Assembly (NCBI GenBank): GCA_041395745.1
Contig: JAWKZV010000001.1
Span: 305,127-369,126 of the forward strand
DNA: 64,000 nucleotides
Direction of reading: 5' to 3'
DNA from: Porticoccaceae bacterium
GTDB lineage: Bacteria > Pseudomonadota > Gammaproteobacteria > Pseudomonadales > Porticoccaceae
Shown in pieces: positions 12,264-21,202 of this stretch. A program made the position numbers and the translations under genes. Under the pieces are notes generated by a model that was not told the origin of the DNA, searched no databases, and worked only from the letters and a program-made list of their open reading frames with translations. The first letter of the stretch is position 1. Every line of letters starts with the position of its first letter.

Positions 12264-13463
12264 ATGACTGACAGAGATTTTGACGACCCGCTGGCCGGCG
12301 CATCCCTGGATACCCTGGCGGTCCGCGCCGGGCATGTGCGCACGGCAGAAGGAGAGCACGGCGAGCCACTGTTTCTCACTTCCAGTTACGTGTTCGGCAG
12401 TGCCGCCGAAGCAGCGGCACGTTTTTCCGGTGAGCAGCCGGGCAACGTCTATTCCCGCTATACCAATCCCACGGTGCGCAACTTTGAGGAGCGCATCGCC
12501 GCCCTGGAAGGCGCCGAGCAGGCCGTAGCCACCTCATCCGGCATGGCGGCCATTCTCAGCACCTGTGTCGCCCTGTTGAAGTCCGGGGATCATGTGGTGT
12601 GTTCCCGGGACGTGTTCGGTACCACCACGGTGCTGATGGAGAAATACCTGGGCAAATTCGGTGTCGCCAGTACCTTCGTGCCGGTGACAGATCTGGAGCA
12701 GTGGCGTGCCGCCCTGCGCCCGGAAACAAAATTGCTGTTCCTGGAAACGCCCTCCAACCCGCTCAATGAAGTGGCAGACATCGCGGCACTGGCACAGCTG
12801 GCTCACGAACACGGCGCACTGCTGGTGGTGGACAACTGCCTCTGTACCCCGGCGTTGCAACAACCCCTGAAACTGGGTGCTGACCTGGTGGTGCATTCCG
12901 CCACCAAATACCTGGATGGCCAGGGGCGCTGTCTGGGTGGGGTGGTCTGCGGTCGCAGTGAACTGGTCAACGAGGTGCTGGCGTTTATCCGTAGCGCCGG
13001 TCCCACCATGAGCCCGTTCAATGCCTGGGTGTTCCTAAAAGGCCTGGAAACCCTGCGCCTGCGTATGGATGCGCACTCCGTCAATGCCCTGGCTTTGGCC
13101 CAGTGGCTGCAGCAGCAGCCGGCGGTGGAAAAAGTCTTCTATGCCGGTTTGTCCGATCATCCCGGTCATGACCTGGCGGCCAGACAACAGCGCGGCTTCG
13201 GCGGCGTGCTGTCGTTCCGGGTCAAAGGCGGTCGCAACGAGGCCTGGCAGGTGATCGACAGCACCCGCATCCTGTCCCTGACAGCCAATCTCGGCGATGC
13301 CAAGACCACCATCGTGCACCCGGCCACTACCACCCACGGGCGTCTCAGTGCCGAACAGAAAGCGGCCTCGGGAATTACCGAAAACCTGATTCGTATCGCA
13401 GTCGGACTCGAGGATATCGAGGATATTAAGGCCGACTTGCAGCGCGGGCTGGCATTGATCTGA
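12264..13463 (+). CDS. metZ: O-succinylhomoserine sulfhydrylase
   Basis: YSRYTNPTV, SGMAAI, ETPSNP, HSATKYLDGQGR (PLP lysine), ANLGDAKTTIVHPATTTH; purF-metZ synteny. Confidence 0.9.
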   Translation: MTDRDFDDPLAGASLDTLAVRAGHVRTAEGEHGEPLFLTSSYVFGSAAEAAARFSGEQPGNVYSRYTNPTVRNFEERIAALEGAEQAVATSSGMAAILSTCVALLKSGDHVVCSRDVFGTTTVLMEKYLGKFGVASTFVPVTDLEQWRAALRPETKLLFLETPSNPLNEVADIAALAQLAHEHGALLVVDNCLCTPALQQPLKLGADLVVHSATKYLDGQGRCLGGVVCGRSELVNEVLAFIRSAGPTMSPFNAWVFLKGLETLRLRMDAHSVNALALAQWLQQQPAVEKVFYAGLSDHPGHDLAARQQRGFGGVLSFRVKGGRNEAWQVIDSTRILSLTANLGDAKTTIVHPATTTHGRLSAEQKAASGITENLIRIAVGLEDIEDIKADLQRGLALI

Positions 13464-13511
13464 GGTGGCCCTATCCTAGCTGCGGAGAGTGGAAGTAGGG
13501 AGATAAACTCA

Positions 13512-14429
13512 ATGCAGAAGGTTGTAGACAAGCTGGTATCCGCCGTCGGCACCGTGCTGATCGGCAAGGACGAACAGATCAGGCTGGCACTGGCCTGCCT
13601 GTTTGCCCGCGGGCACCTGCTGATCGAAGACCTGCCGGGCATGGGCAAGACCACTCTGGCCCACAGTCTGGCTCAGGTGCTGGGTCTCAGCTACAACCGC
13701 ATTCAGTTCACCAGTGACCTGCTGCCCGCCGATATCCTGGGCGTTTCCGTCTACGATCGGGAACACAGCCGCTTCGAATTCCACGCCGGTCCCATCTTCA
13801 GCCAGCTATTGCTGGCCGATGAAATCAACCGCACCACCCCGAAAACCCAGAGTGCCCTGCTGGAGGCCATGGCGGAGGGGCAGGTGACGGTGGAAGGGGA
13901 AACCCGCTCCCTGCCGCAACCCTTTTTTGTTATCGCCACCCAGAACCCGGTGACCCAAGCAGGAACCTATCCGTTGCCTGAATCCCAGCTGGACCGCTTC
14001 CTGATGCGTATTGAACTGGGCTACCCCGATCCGGCTTCGGAACGGGAGCTTCTCACTGGTCGTGATCCGCGCGCCAGCCTGGCAGCGCTCAAGCCATTGC
14101 TGACAGCCGAGCAGTTATTGCAGATCCAGCAACACGTCCTGCAGATCAAGGCGGCGGACAGCCTGGTGGATTATCTGCAACGGTTGGTGCAGTACACCAG
14201 AGATGAGCCATTGTTCCAGTATGGCCTGTCACCGCGGGGTTCCCTGGCCGTATTGCAGTGTGCCCGCGCCTGGGCACTGATTCAGGGGCGCCGTTACGTG
14301 ATCCCGGAAGATGTGCAGGCCGTTTTCCCCGCTGTTTCTGCCCACCGCTTGCGCGGTGCGGGAGAATTCGCCGGCCACGACAGCAGCCTGCTGGTGCAGC
14401 GAGTGCTCAATGCCGTGGATGTGCTCTAG
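13512..14429 (+). CDS. moxR: MoxR family AAA+ ATPase
   Basis: Walker A EDLPGMGKT, RIQFTSDLLPAD, Walker B LLADEINR, ATQNP, YPLPESQLDRF. Confidence 0.93.
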   Translation: MQKVVDKLVSAVGTVLIGKDEQIRLALACLFARGHLLIEDLPGMGKTTLAHSLAQVLGLSYNRIQFTSDLLPADILGVSVYDREHSRFEFHAGPIFSQLLLADEINRTTPKTQSALLEAMAEGQVTVEGETRSLPQPFFVIATQNPVTQAGTYPLPESQLDRFLMRIELGYPDPASERELLTGRDPRASLAALKPLLTAEQLLQIQQHVLQIKAADSLVDYLQRLVQYTRDEPLFQYGLSPRGSLAVLQCARAWALIQGRRYVIPEDVQAVFPAVSAHRLRGAGEFAGHDSSLLVQRVLNAVDVL

Positions 14430-14440
14430 TCCATGCCCTG

Positions 14441-15448
14441 ATGCGGGCCAATAGCTTCCCCATGCTGGCGTCGCTGCAAAGGTTCTATCAACAGCGCTTT
14501 GCTACCTGGCTTACCCGGCGCCTGCCGCCTTCCAGTGAAGTCAGCCTGGACCACCGCAGTCTGTTCATCTTCCCGTCTTCAACCGGTTTTGCCTTCCTGC
14601 TGCTGATTGCGCTCTGTTGGCTGGCTGCCACCAACTACGAAAACAATCTGGTGTTTGCTGTCACCTGTCTGCTGGTGGCCCTGTTTGTTACGGCTATTCT
14701 CAACAGCTTTGCCAATCTCTCCGGCCTGAGGGTCAAATGTCTGAAAGTCGCCCCGGGCTTTGCCGGGCAGACCCTTACCGTGGAGTTGTTGCTGAGCCAG
14801 CGCGGGCGCCCCTACCGGGACGGTCTGTGCTGTTCCTTCCCGGGTGGAGAGGCGGTGACCGTTGCCATGCCGGGACTGCCGGAATGCCGGGTCAGGTTGA
14901 CTGTGCCCGCTGGCGCCCGGGGGCTTTATAACCCCGGTCGGTTGCGCATCGAGAGTATCTACCCGGTGGGCTTGCTGCGGGCCTGGACCCATGTGGACCT
15001 GGCCATCAGGGCCCTGGTATATCCCAGGCCGCTGTTTGATGGCAGCCGTCCCTCGTCGGGCTCATCCTCAGGAGCGGGAATTTTGGAGAGCGGTGAAGGC
15101 GGTGATGATTTTCTCGGCCTCAACCGCTATCGCCCCGGCGATTCCCTGAAGCATGTGGCATGGAAGCACTACGCTCGGGAGCAGGGACTGCACACCAAAC
15201 ATTACGGTGATCTGCTGGATCAGCAGCTATGGCTGGATTGGGATCAGTATCCCGGTCTGGACCGGGAGGCCCGCCTGTCACGCCTCTGTGGGCAGTTGCT
15301 GGGGTTGGCGGAAACCGGCCAGCCCTACGGACTGCGCCTGCCGGGGCTGGTGATTGAGCCCGGCACCGGCGAGGAGCACAGGCAGCGCCTGCTTCGATCG
15401 CTGGCGCTGTTCGATATCGTGACCGATAACGGGGAAGCCGACCGATGA
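14441..15448 (+). CDS. DUF58 domain membrane protein (MoxR partner)
   Basis: Two N-terminal TM helices, YRPGDSLKHVAWK DUF58 motif; sits between MoxR and the transglutaminase gene. ATG 14441 (or 14462) preferred over 14258. Confidence 0.85.
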   Translation: MRANSFPMLASLQRFYQQRFATWLTRRLPPSSEVSLDHRSLFIFPSSTGFAFLLLIALCWLAATNYENNLVFAVTCLLVALFVTAILNSFANLSGLRVKCLKVAPGFAGQTLTVELLLSQRGRPYRDGLCCSFPGGEAVTVAMPGLPECRVRLTVPAGARGLYNPGRLRIESIYPVGLLRAWTHVDLAIRALVYPRPLFDGSRPSSGSSSGAGILESGEGGDDFLGLNRYRPGDSLKHVAWKHYAREQGLHTKHYGDLLDQQLWLDWDQYPGLDREARLSRLCGQLLGLAETGQPYGLRLPGLVIEPGTGEEHRQRLLRSLALFDIVTDNGEADR

Positions 15449-17454
15449 GTCCGGCCTGGCAAATCAGCCGCCACGGGCTGTTCTGGTTGTTGGCCGCTTT
15501 TGCCGCCGTTATCGCCCTGCACGCGGATCATTTGCCGCGCTGGGTGCTGAGCGCTGCCGCTGTGGCCATGTTGTGGCGAATCCAGTGTTACCGGGGCGCC
15601 TGGTCAATGCCGGGGCGTTGGCTGAAGGTCGGGTTGCTGGTCGTCTGTCTGGGGGGGCTGCTGCTGGAATACGGCAAGCCCATCGGGCTGGAACCGATGC
15701 TGTCGCTACTGGTGACGGCCTATGTTCTGAAACTGCTGGAAATGGCCCGACGCCGCGATGCCTATCTGGTAGTGCTGTTGGCGTTCTTTATTGCATCGCT
15801 GGGGGCACTGTTCGATCAGTCCATGCTCGGGGCGGGTTACTTGCTGGCCTGTCTGCTGCTGGTGCTGGCTGCGCTGTTTGGGTTGCACCAGACTGATACC
15901 TCGTCGGGACGACTGTTACCCCTGAATGGCGCGTTCAGGCTGCTCTGCCAGTCCCTGCCGCTGATGATCGTGCTGTTCCTGTTGATGCCCAGAGTGGGTG
16001 CGTTGTGGTCAGTGCCTATCCAGAGCCACAAGGCCAAGACCGGGGTCAGCGACAGCATGTCACCGGGAGACTTCAGCCAGCTCGGCCGCTCCGCGGACCT
16101 GGCCTTCCGCGTCAGTTTCGACGGGCCGATCCCGGCCCAGCGGCAGCTGTACTGGCGCGGCCTGGTGCTTTCAGAATTCGATGGCCGGACCTGGAGTCGT
16201 ACCCGCCGTACCAGTCTCGATGATGGTGCCTTGTTGCAGTGGTACGGCCAGCCGCCGAGGAGCTGGGACGGCCTGATCGAGCGCGAGGGACAGGCGTTGC
16301 ACTATGCCGTGGTGATCGAACCGACCCAGCAGCCCTGGCTCTACGCCCTGGCCACGCCGCTGCCTGCCAGTCACGGTGTGGCATTGACCCGGGACTATCG
16401 TCTGCTGGCGGACCGGCCGGTCACCGCCAAGCGGCAATATCAGGCTCAGAGCTGGCTGGCACACCGCATTGAGCCGCTTGAATTGTCGCGTGACAGACGT
16501 GCCATAGAATTGCAGCTGCCCGATGACTATAACCCTAGGGCAGTTGAACTCGCCCATCGCTGGCGCCGTCTAGAGAGCGATGACCGGGCGCTGGTGCAGC
16601 GAGTGCTCAAGCTCTACAACCGGGAGTTCATCTATACCCTGCAGCCGCCGCTGTTGGGCAAAGACTCCGTGGATGAATTCCTGTTCGACACCCAACGGGG
16701 GTTCTGTGAGCACTTTGCCGGCAGCTTCGTCTTTCTGATGCGCGCTGCGGGAATTCCCGCCCGAGTAGTGGCGGGTTACCAGGGAGGCGAACGTCATCCC
16801 GACGGTTATCTGCTGGTGCGCCAGTACGATGCCCATGCCTGGGCCGAGATATGGCTGGAGGGGGAAGGCTGGGTAGCTATTGATCCCACCGCTCATGTGG
16901 CGCCAGAACGCATTGAGGGTGATATCCAATCGGTATTGGGCGACGAGGCGGAGTTTCTGGCGGATTCGCCGGTGTCGCTGATGCGTTTCCGTCACATCGG
17001 CTGGATGAACCGGCTACGGTTGGAGATGGAGGCGCTGAATTACCACTGGGCACTGTGGGTACTGGACTACGATGCAAAACAGCAATCACTGCTGCGAAGC
17101 TTGCTCGGTGACAACTCTCCCTGGCGCATTGCCCTGGCACTGCTGTCCGCTGGCGGAGGCCTGCTATTACTGGTCGGCCTGTGGAACCTGTGGCCGGCGG
17201 GAAAGACTGATATCGACCAACTCGACAGGCAGTTCCTGGCACTGTGCCGCAAGCTCGAGAAGCGGGGAGTGCGCAGGCATCCGGGAGAGGGTGCCAGAGC
17301 CTTTGCCGAGCGCAGTTCGGCTCTTTGCCCGGAGTTGGCAGAGCAGATAACCGCTTTCAGTCTGGCCTATGAGCAGATGCGCTACGGGGAGCTGGAACCC
17401 CGACCGCAGTTGCTGGCCGGGGCGTTGAAGAAGTTGCGAATCAGGGGCCGCTGA
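15445..17454 (+). CDS. tgpA: Membrane-anchored transglutaminase-like protein (TgpA/DUF3488 type)
   Basis: Six N-terminal TM helices, LYWRGLVL, catalytic GFCEHFA / AHAWAE / IDPT triad, C-terminal TM plus YEQMRYG. Confidence 0.85.
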   Translation: MSPAWQISRHGLFWLLAAFAAVIALHADHLPRWVLSAAAVAMLWRIQCYRGAWSMPGRWLKVGLLVVCLGGLLLEYGKPIGLEPMLSLLVTAYVLKLLEMARRRDAYLVVLLAFFIASLGALFDQSMLGAGYLLACLLLVLAALFGLHQTDTSSGRLLPLNGAFRLLCQSLPLMIVLFLLMPRVGALWSVPIQSHKAKTGVSDSMSPGDFSQLGRSADLAFRVSFDGPIPAQRQLYWRGLVLSEFDGRTWSRTRRTSLDDGALLQWYGQPPRSWDGLIEREGQALHYAVVIEPTQQPWLYALATPLPASHGVALTRDYRLLADRPVTAKRQYQAQSWLAHRIEPLELSRDRRAIELQLPDDYNPRAVELAHRWRRLESDDRALVQRVLKLYNREFIYTLQPPLLGKDSVDEFLFDTQRGFCEHFAGSFVFLMRAAGIPARVVAGYQGGERHPDGYLLVRQYDAHAWAEIWLEGEGWVAIDPTAHVAPERIEGDIQSVLGDEAEFLADSPVSLMRFRHIGWMNRLRLEMEALNYHWALWVLDYDAKQQSLLRSLLGDNSPWRIALALLSAGGGLLLLVGLWNLWPAGKTDIDQLDRQFLALCRKLEKRGVRRHPGEGARAFAERSSALCPELAEQITAFSLAYEQMRYGELEPRPQLLAGALKKLRIRGR

Positions 17455-18129
17455 CTATTTGGTCAGCATGTTTCGTGCACCTTTCACGAAGCCCTTGGCT
17501 TTGTCATTCTGCTCATAGTCGGCAGCCGGGGTGTTGATACCCTTCTGGAACGCCGGGCGTTGGCCAAGGCGGTCGATCCAGTCGGCCAGGTGGGGGAACG
17601 GTTCGATGTCGACTCCGGACCAGTTGTGGATTCGCACCCAGGCCCAGTTGGCGATGTCGGCGATACTCAGCTCGTCGGTGAGATATTCGCGCCCTTCCAG
17701 GTGGGTATTCATGACCCCGAACAGGCGTTTCACTTCGTTCTGGTAGCGGTCGATGGCCGGTTGGTAAGTGTCTTCCCAATAGCGGTACCAGACATTGGCC
17801 TGGCCCATCATCGGACCGATGCCGCCCATCTGGAACATCAGCCACTGAATGGCGCGGGAGCGCTCCTTAGGGTCTTTGGGCAGCAACTGGCCGGTTTTTT
17901 CCGCCAGGTAAATCAGGATGGCGCCGGATTCGAACACCACGAAATCGTCGTTGGCCCGGTCTACAATGGTGGGAATGCGGCCATTGGGATTGAGCTTCAG
18001 GTACCAGGGTTGTTTCTGCTCGTTGTCGCTCAGGCTCAGCCGGTGCATCTCGTAGGGCAGTTCCAGCTCCTCGAGCGCGATGCTGATCTTGTGTCCATTG
18101 GGTGTGGCGGCAGTGTAGAGATCGATCAC
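17455..18129 (-). CDS. Glutathione S-transferase, YfcG/YghU-like (GSH-dependent disulfide oxidoreductase)
   Basis: [52 protein letters not shown]; GGAGG RBS before the GTG start. Confidence 0.9.
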   Translation of the reverse strand: MIDLYTAATPNGHKISIALEELELPYEMHRLSLSDNEQKQPWYLKLNPNGRIPTIVDRANDDFVVFESGAILIYLAEKTGQLLPKDPKERSRAIQWLMFQMGGIGPMMGQANVWYRYWEDTYQPAIDRYQNEVKRLFGVMNTHLEGREYLTDELSIADIANWAWVRIHNWSGVDIEPFPHLADWIDRLGQRPAFQKGINTPAADYEQNDKAKGFVKGARNMLTK

Positions 18130-18220
18130 GAAACATTTCCTCCCGGTTCAGGTCAACACAGGGTAGGGACATGATTTGTGATTGGCAAGTGGAATGTACG
18201 GTCAAGAATAGGAGCGCACT

Positions 18221-18856
18221 ATGTTTGGCTATGGCTATAAAACCACCATGATTCCACGGGAACTGGCTTTGCCGGGAAGGGCAGAGGCCATGCCGGTCAG
18301 CAATCGACACCAGGTCAACGGCCATCCGCTGAAGCCGCCTTTCCCCGAGGGAATGAAACAGCTGGTGGTGGGCATGGGTTGTTTTTGGGGGGCCGAACGG
18401 CGCTTCTGGACACAACCCGGCGTGTACACCACTGCGGCAGGTTACGCTGGTGGCTACACGGAAAACCCTTCCTATGACGAAGTTTGCAGCGGGCTTACCG
18501 GGCACACGGAAGTCGTGCTGGTGGTGTTTGATCCCCGCCAGATCGGAATAGCGGATTTGTTGAAAGTGTTCTGGGAATCCCACGATCCCACTCAGGGCAT
18601 GCGCCAGGGCAATGACATCGGCACCCAGTACCGCTCAGCCGTCTATTGCAGCGATGAAGCCCAGCTTTCAGATGTAGAATCAACTAGAAAATACTTTAAT
18701 AGTGAGTTGATTAATAAAGGATTTAATCCTGTCACAACAGAGATAAAACTGCTGGCTCAGTTCTACTATGCGGAGGACTACCACCAGCAGTACCTGGCAA
18801 AAAATCCCAATGGTTACTGCAGTCTGCGCGGTATCGGCGTCAGCTGTGACCTTTAA
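18221..18856 (+). CDS. msrA: Peptide-methionine (S)-S-oxide reductase
   Basis: GMGCFWGAE active site, [33 protein letters not shown]. Confidence 0.97.
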   Translation: MFGYGYKTTMIPRELALPGRAEAMPVSNRHQVNGHPLKPPFPEGMKQLVVGMGCFWGAERRFWTQPGVYTTAAGYAGGYTENPSYDEVCSGLTGHTEVVLVVFDPRQIGIADLLKVFWESHDPTQGMRQGNDIGTQYRSAVYCSDEAQLSDVESTRKYFNSELINKGFNPVTTEIKLLAQFYYAEDYHQQYLAKNPNGYCSLRGIGVSCDL

Positions 18857-18871
18857 TCAGGTCGGTACAGG

Positions 18872-18901
18872 CCACCCTCTGCCACGGTTGGCAGTGGGTG
18901 G
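18872..18901. terminator. Stem-loop between convergent msrA and bfr-like genes
   Basis: CCACCC-T-CTGCCA-CGGT-TGGCAG-T-GGGTGG; no U tract on either strand, so terminator function is uncertain. Confidence 0.4.
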
Positions 18902-18946
18902 ACGTCGAGTTTTACGGTGTGATGCCGCTGCCAGCAGCGACTTCGA

Positions 18947-19396
18947 TCAACCTTTGAAGGCTTCAATTTCACCCGGTTTGCGCAACATTTTGTTGACCTC
19001 GGCCTGGTGCATTTCTTCGGCCGAAATCATGCGGCGGGCGTATTCCTCCAGCATTACGGAATTGTCTTTCACCAGTTCCAGCAGGTCGTAATAAAGGGTC
19101 TTGGCCTTACCTTCGTGTTCCAGTGATTCCCGCAGAATATCGCCGATATCGTGCTTGTGGGTCTCTAGCAACGGGCCGATGCCAAGGGAGGGATGGCCTC
19201 CCAGGGCGGTGATCAGTTCACCGGCTTCCTGAGCATGGGTGAGGCTGTTGTTGGCTTCGGAACGGAGCCAGCTGACAATGGGAATTCGACCGTAACCGAA
19301 CACCATCAGCGCGTAGTGGGTGTAGCGCACCACTCCGGCCAGCTCAAACTCCATGATCCTGTTGATCAGCTCGACTATTTTTTCCTGATGTTTCAT
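18947..19396 (-). CDS. Bacterioferritin-like (ferritin-fold) protein, atypical
   Basis: 149 aa four-helix pattern with E18, H54, E95 and EEMH; heme-ligand Met52 position is Leu and the E51 position is Ser. Confidence 0.8.
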   Translation of the reverse strand: MKHQEKIVELINRIMEFELAGVVRYTHYALMVFGYGRIPIVSWLRSEANNSLTHAQEAGELITALGGHPSLGIGPLLETHKHDIGDILRESLEHEGKAKTLYYDLLELVKDNSVMLEEYARRMISAEEMHQAEVNKMLRKPGEIEAFKG

Positions 19397-19486
19397 GACA
19401 TACCCTCCGCGTCACACTCGCCCTCATAGGGGGAGTGGTTTTATTTCAGAATAGACGAGGGGCCGAAAGCGGGCCAATAACGAACG

Positions 19487-20221
19487 TCAGGAAGACAGTG
19501 CTTCAACCAGCATCAGCACCCCGCAGATGGGCATCAGCGTCAGGGTGTAGAGGCGGAAACGGTCGGCATTGATGCTGACCAGATGGCGGTGCGCCAGCCA
19601 GGCACCGATTGCTCCGCCCAGACCAATCACCAGCCCGTAACCGGCTATCTCCAGAGTCATGACGCCGAAGCCGGTATAGGCGAGCAACTTGGTCAGTTGC
19701 AGCACCAGGGAGTTGACGGCCTTGGTGGCCACCAGCTGTTCCTTCTCCAGCCCGTAGTTGAGCATGAACGGATTCTGTACCGGTCCGGTGCCGCCCACCA
19801 GTGCCGAAAGAAAGGCGATGGCCACGCCGAGGGGGAAGAACCAGCTGCGGCGCATGGGAAATGAGCGTTTTGATTTGTTAAAGCGATACTGGAATACGGT
19901 TGAGATCAGGAAGCTGCCGAGCACCAGTTGAATCCAGAACAGTGGAAACTGGCTGAAGGTCCAGGCGCCAAGCAGGGCGCCACACAGGCTGCCGGGCAGC
20001 AGCCAGCGGCATACCTGCCAGTCCACCGCGTGGCGGAACAGCCAGACCCGGGACGGGTTGGCCACAAAGGCGCCGACACTGATGGCCGGGGCCACCACTT
20101 GCGGACCCAGCAGCCAGGTCACCACGGGAATCATCAGCATCGCCGCGCCCCCGGCGGCAACGGTGCTGATAAACCAGGCGCCGGTTCCGGCGGCCAGCAG
20201 CGCCAGCAGAATCAGTGTCAT
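19487..20221 (-). CDS. TSUP/TauE-SafE family sulfur-compound exporter
   Basis: About 8 TM helices, STVAAGGAAML and internally repeated SALVGGTGP, ATKAVN motifs. Confidence 0.85.
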   Translation of the reverse strand: MTLILLALLAAGTGAWFISTVAAGGAAMLMIPVVTWLLGPQVVAPAISVGAFVANPSRVWLFRHAVDWQVCRWLLPGSLCGALLGAWTFSQFPLFWIQLVLGSFLISTVFQYRFNKSKRSFPMRRSWFFPLGVAIAFLSALVGGTGPVQNPFMLNYGLEKEQLVATKAVNSLVLQLTKLLAYTGFGVMTLEIAGYGLVIGLGGAIGAWLAHRHLVSINADRFRLYTLTLMPICGVLMLVEALSS

Positions 20222-21057
20222 CAGGGGGCGTCACCGGTGCCGATGGGATTTTCCGGATAGCTGCACCAATCGCTCCAGCTGCCGCTGTAGAGACGGGCGT
20301 CGGTTCTGCCGATCATGGCCAGGGACAGCAGGTCCACACAGGCGGTGACGCCGGAACCGCAGTACACCACCGGTTGCTGCAGGTCCCCAAGGGCCTGCCA
20401 TTGCTGGCGCTGTTGCTCGGTGGCAATAAAACAGCCCTGGGCATCGGTAAGTCCCACCCAGGGCAGGTTCAGCGCCCCGGGAATGTGCCCGGCCACCGGG
20501 TCGATGGGTTCCTGTTCGCCGCGGTAGCGCGGCGGTTCGCGGGCGTCGATCAGCGCCAGTGCCGAAGTTGGCTGCTTTAACAGCGCCAGCTCGACCACCA
20601 TATCCGGATGTGGGCTAGCCCGGAAATTGCCCTGCGCGACCTGCGGTATGTCGGTTTCCAGAAGGCCGCCGATGGCCAGCCAGCCCTTGATGCCGCCGTC
20701 GAGCACCTGCACCCGGTCGTGGCCGAAATAGCGCAGCAGCCACCACAGCCGCGCCGCACCGGCCATGCGGTTGTCGTCGTAGGCGATCACCAGGGTGTCT
20801 TCGCTGACGCCGCAGCGCTGCATGGTGGCACTGAAACTGTCCGGATCGGGCAGCGGGTGACGACCGCCGTGGACAGCCTTGGGGCCGGACAGATCCTTTT
20901 CCATATCCAGGTGAAAGGCGCCGGGGAGATGCCCCTGTGAGTACTGTTGTTGTCCTAGGGAGAAATCCGCCAGGGAAAAGCGGCAATCGAAGATGACCCG
21001 GTTGGCACTGTCCGAGTCGCGCAGTTGTTGCGGAGTGATAAGCGGTGATTCCAACAT
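20221..21057 (-). CDS. sseA: Tandem-domain rhodanese / 3-mercaptopyruvate sulfurtransferase (SseA-like)
   Basis: GHLPGAFHLD, GGRHPLP, ARLWWLLRYFGH, LDGG, DAREPPRY, GHIPGA, active-site YCGSGVTAC, LYSGSWSDW. ATG 21057 preferred; TGATG overlap with the TSUP start. Confidence 0.9.
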   Translation of the reverse strand: MLESPLITPQQLRDSDSANRVIFDCRFSLADFSLGQQQYSQGHLPGAFHLDMEKDLSGPKAVHGGRHPLPDPDSFSATMQRCGVSEDTLVIAYDDNRMAGAARLWWLLRYFGHDRVQVLDGGIKGWLAIGGLLETDIPQVAQGNFRASPHPDMVVELALLKQPTSALALIDAREPPRYRGEQEPIDPVAGHIPGALNLPWVGLTDAQGCFIATEQQRQQWQALGDLQQPVVYCGSGVTACVDLLSLAMIGRTDARLYSGSWSDWCSYPENPIGTGDAP

Positions 21058-21180
21058 GACTTTTCTGGCCCGGTATCCGTTACAGGAGCTGGGACTATAG
21101 CAGCGCGGCGGGCGGCGTTGGATAGCTTTGGGCGGGTAAATTTGCAAGATGACTGCGGCATCAATACCCTTGTAAGGCCT

Positions 21181-21193
21181 GTTTACTGTAAAC
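21181..21193. promoter_or_regulatory. Palindrome GTTTAC-T-GTAAAC in the divergent sseA/MFS region
   Basis: Perfect 6-bp inverted repeat ending 9 nt before the MFS ATG; regulator unknown. Confidence 0.3.
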
Positions 21194-21202
21194 GGATTTG
21201 TC

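Noticed and set aside
13512-17454. MoxR-DUF58-transglutaminase triad as a novel system
   Set aside because: This is an established conserved arrangement (MoxR-proper type; tgpA locus of Pseudomonas).
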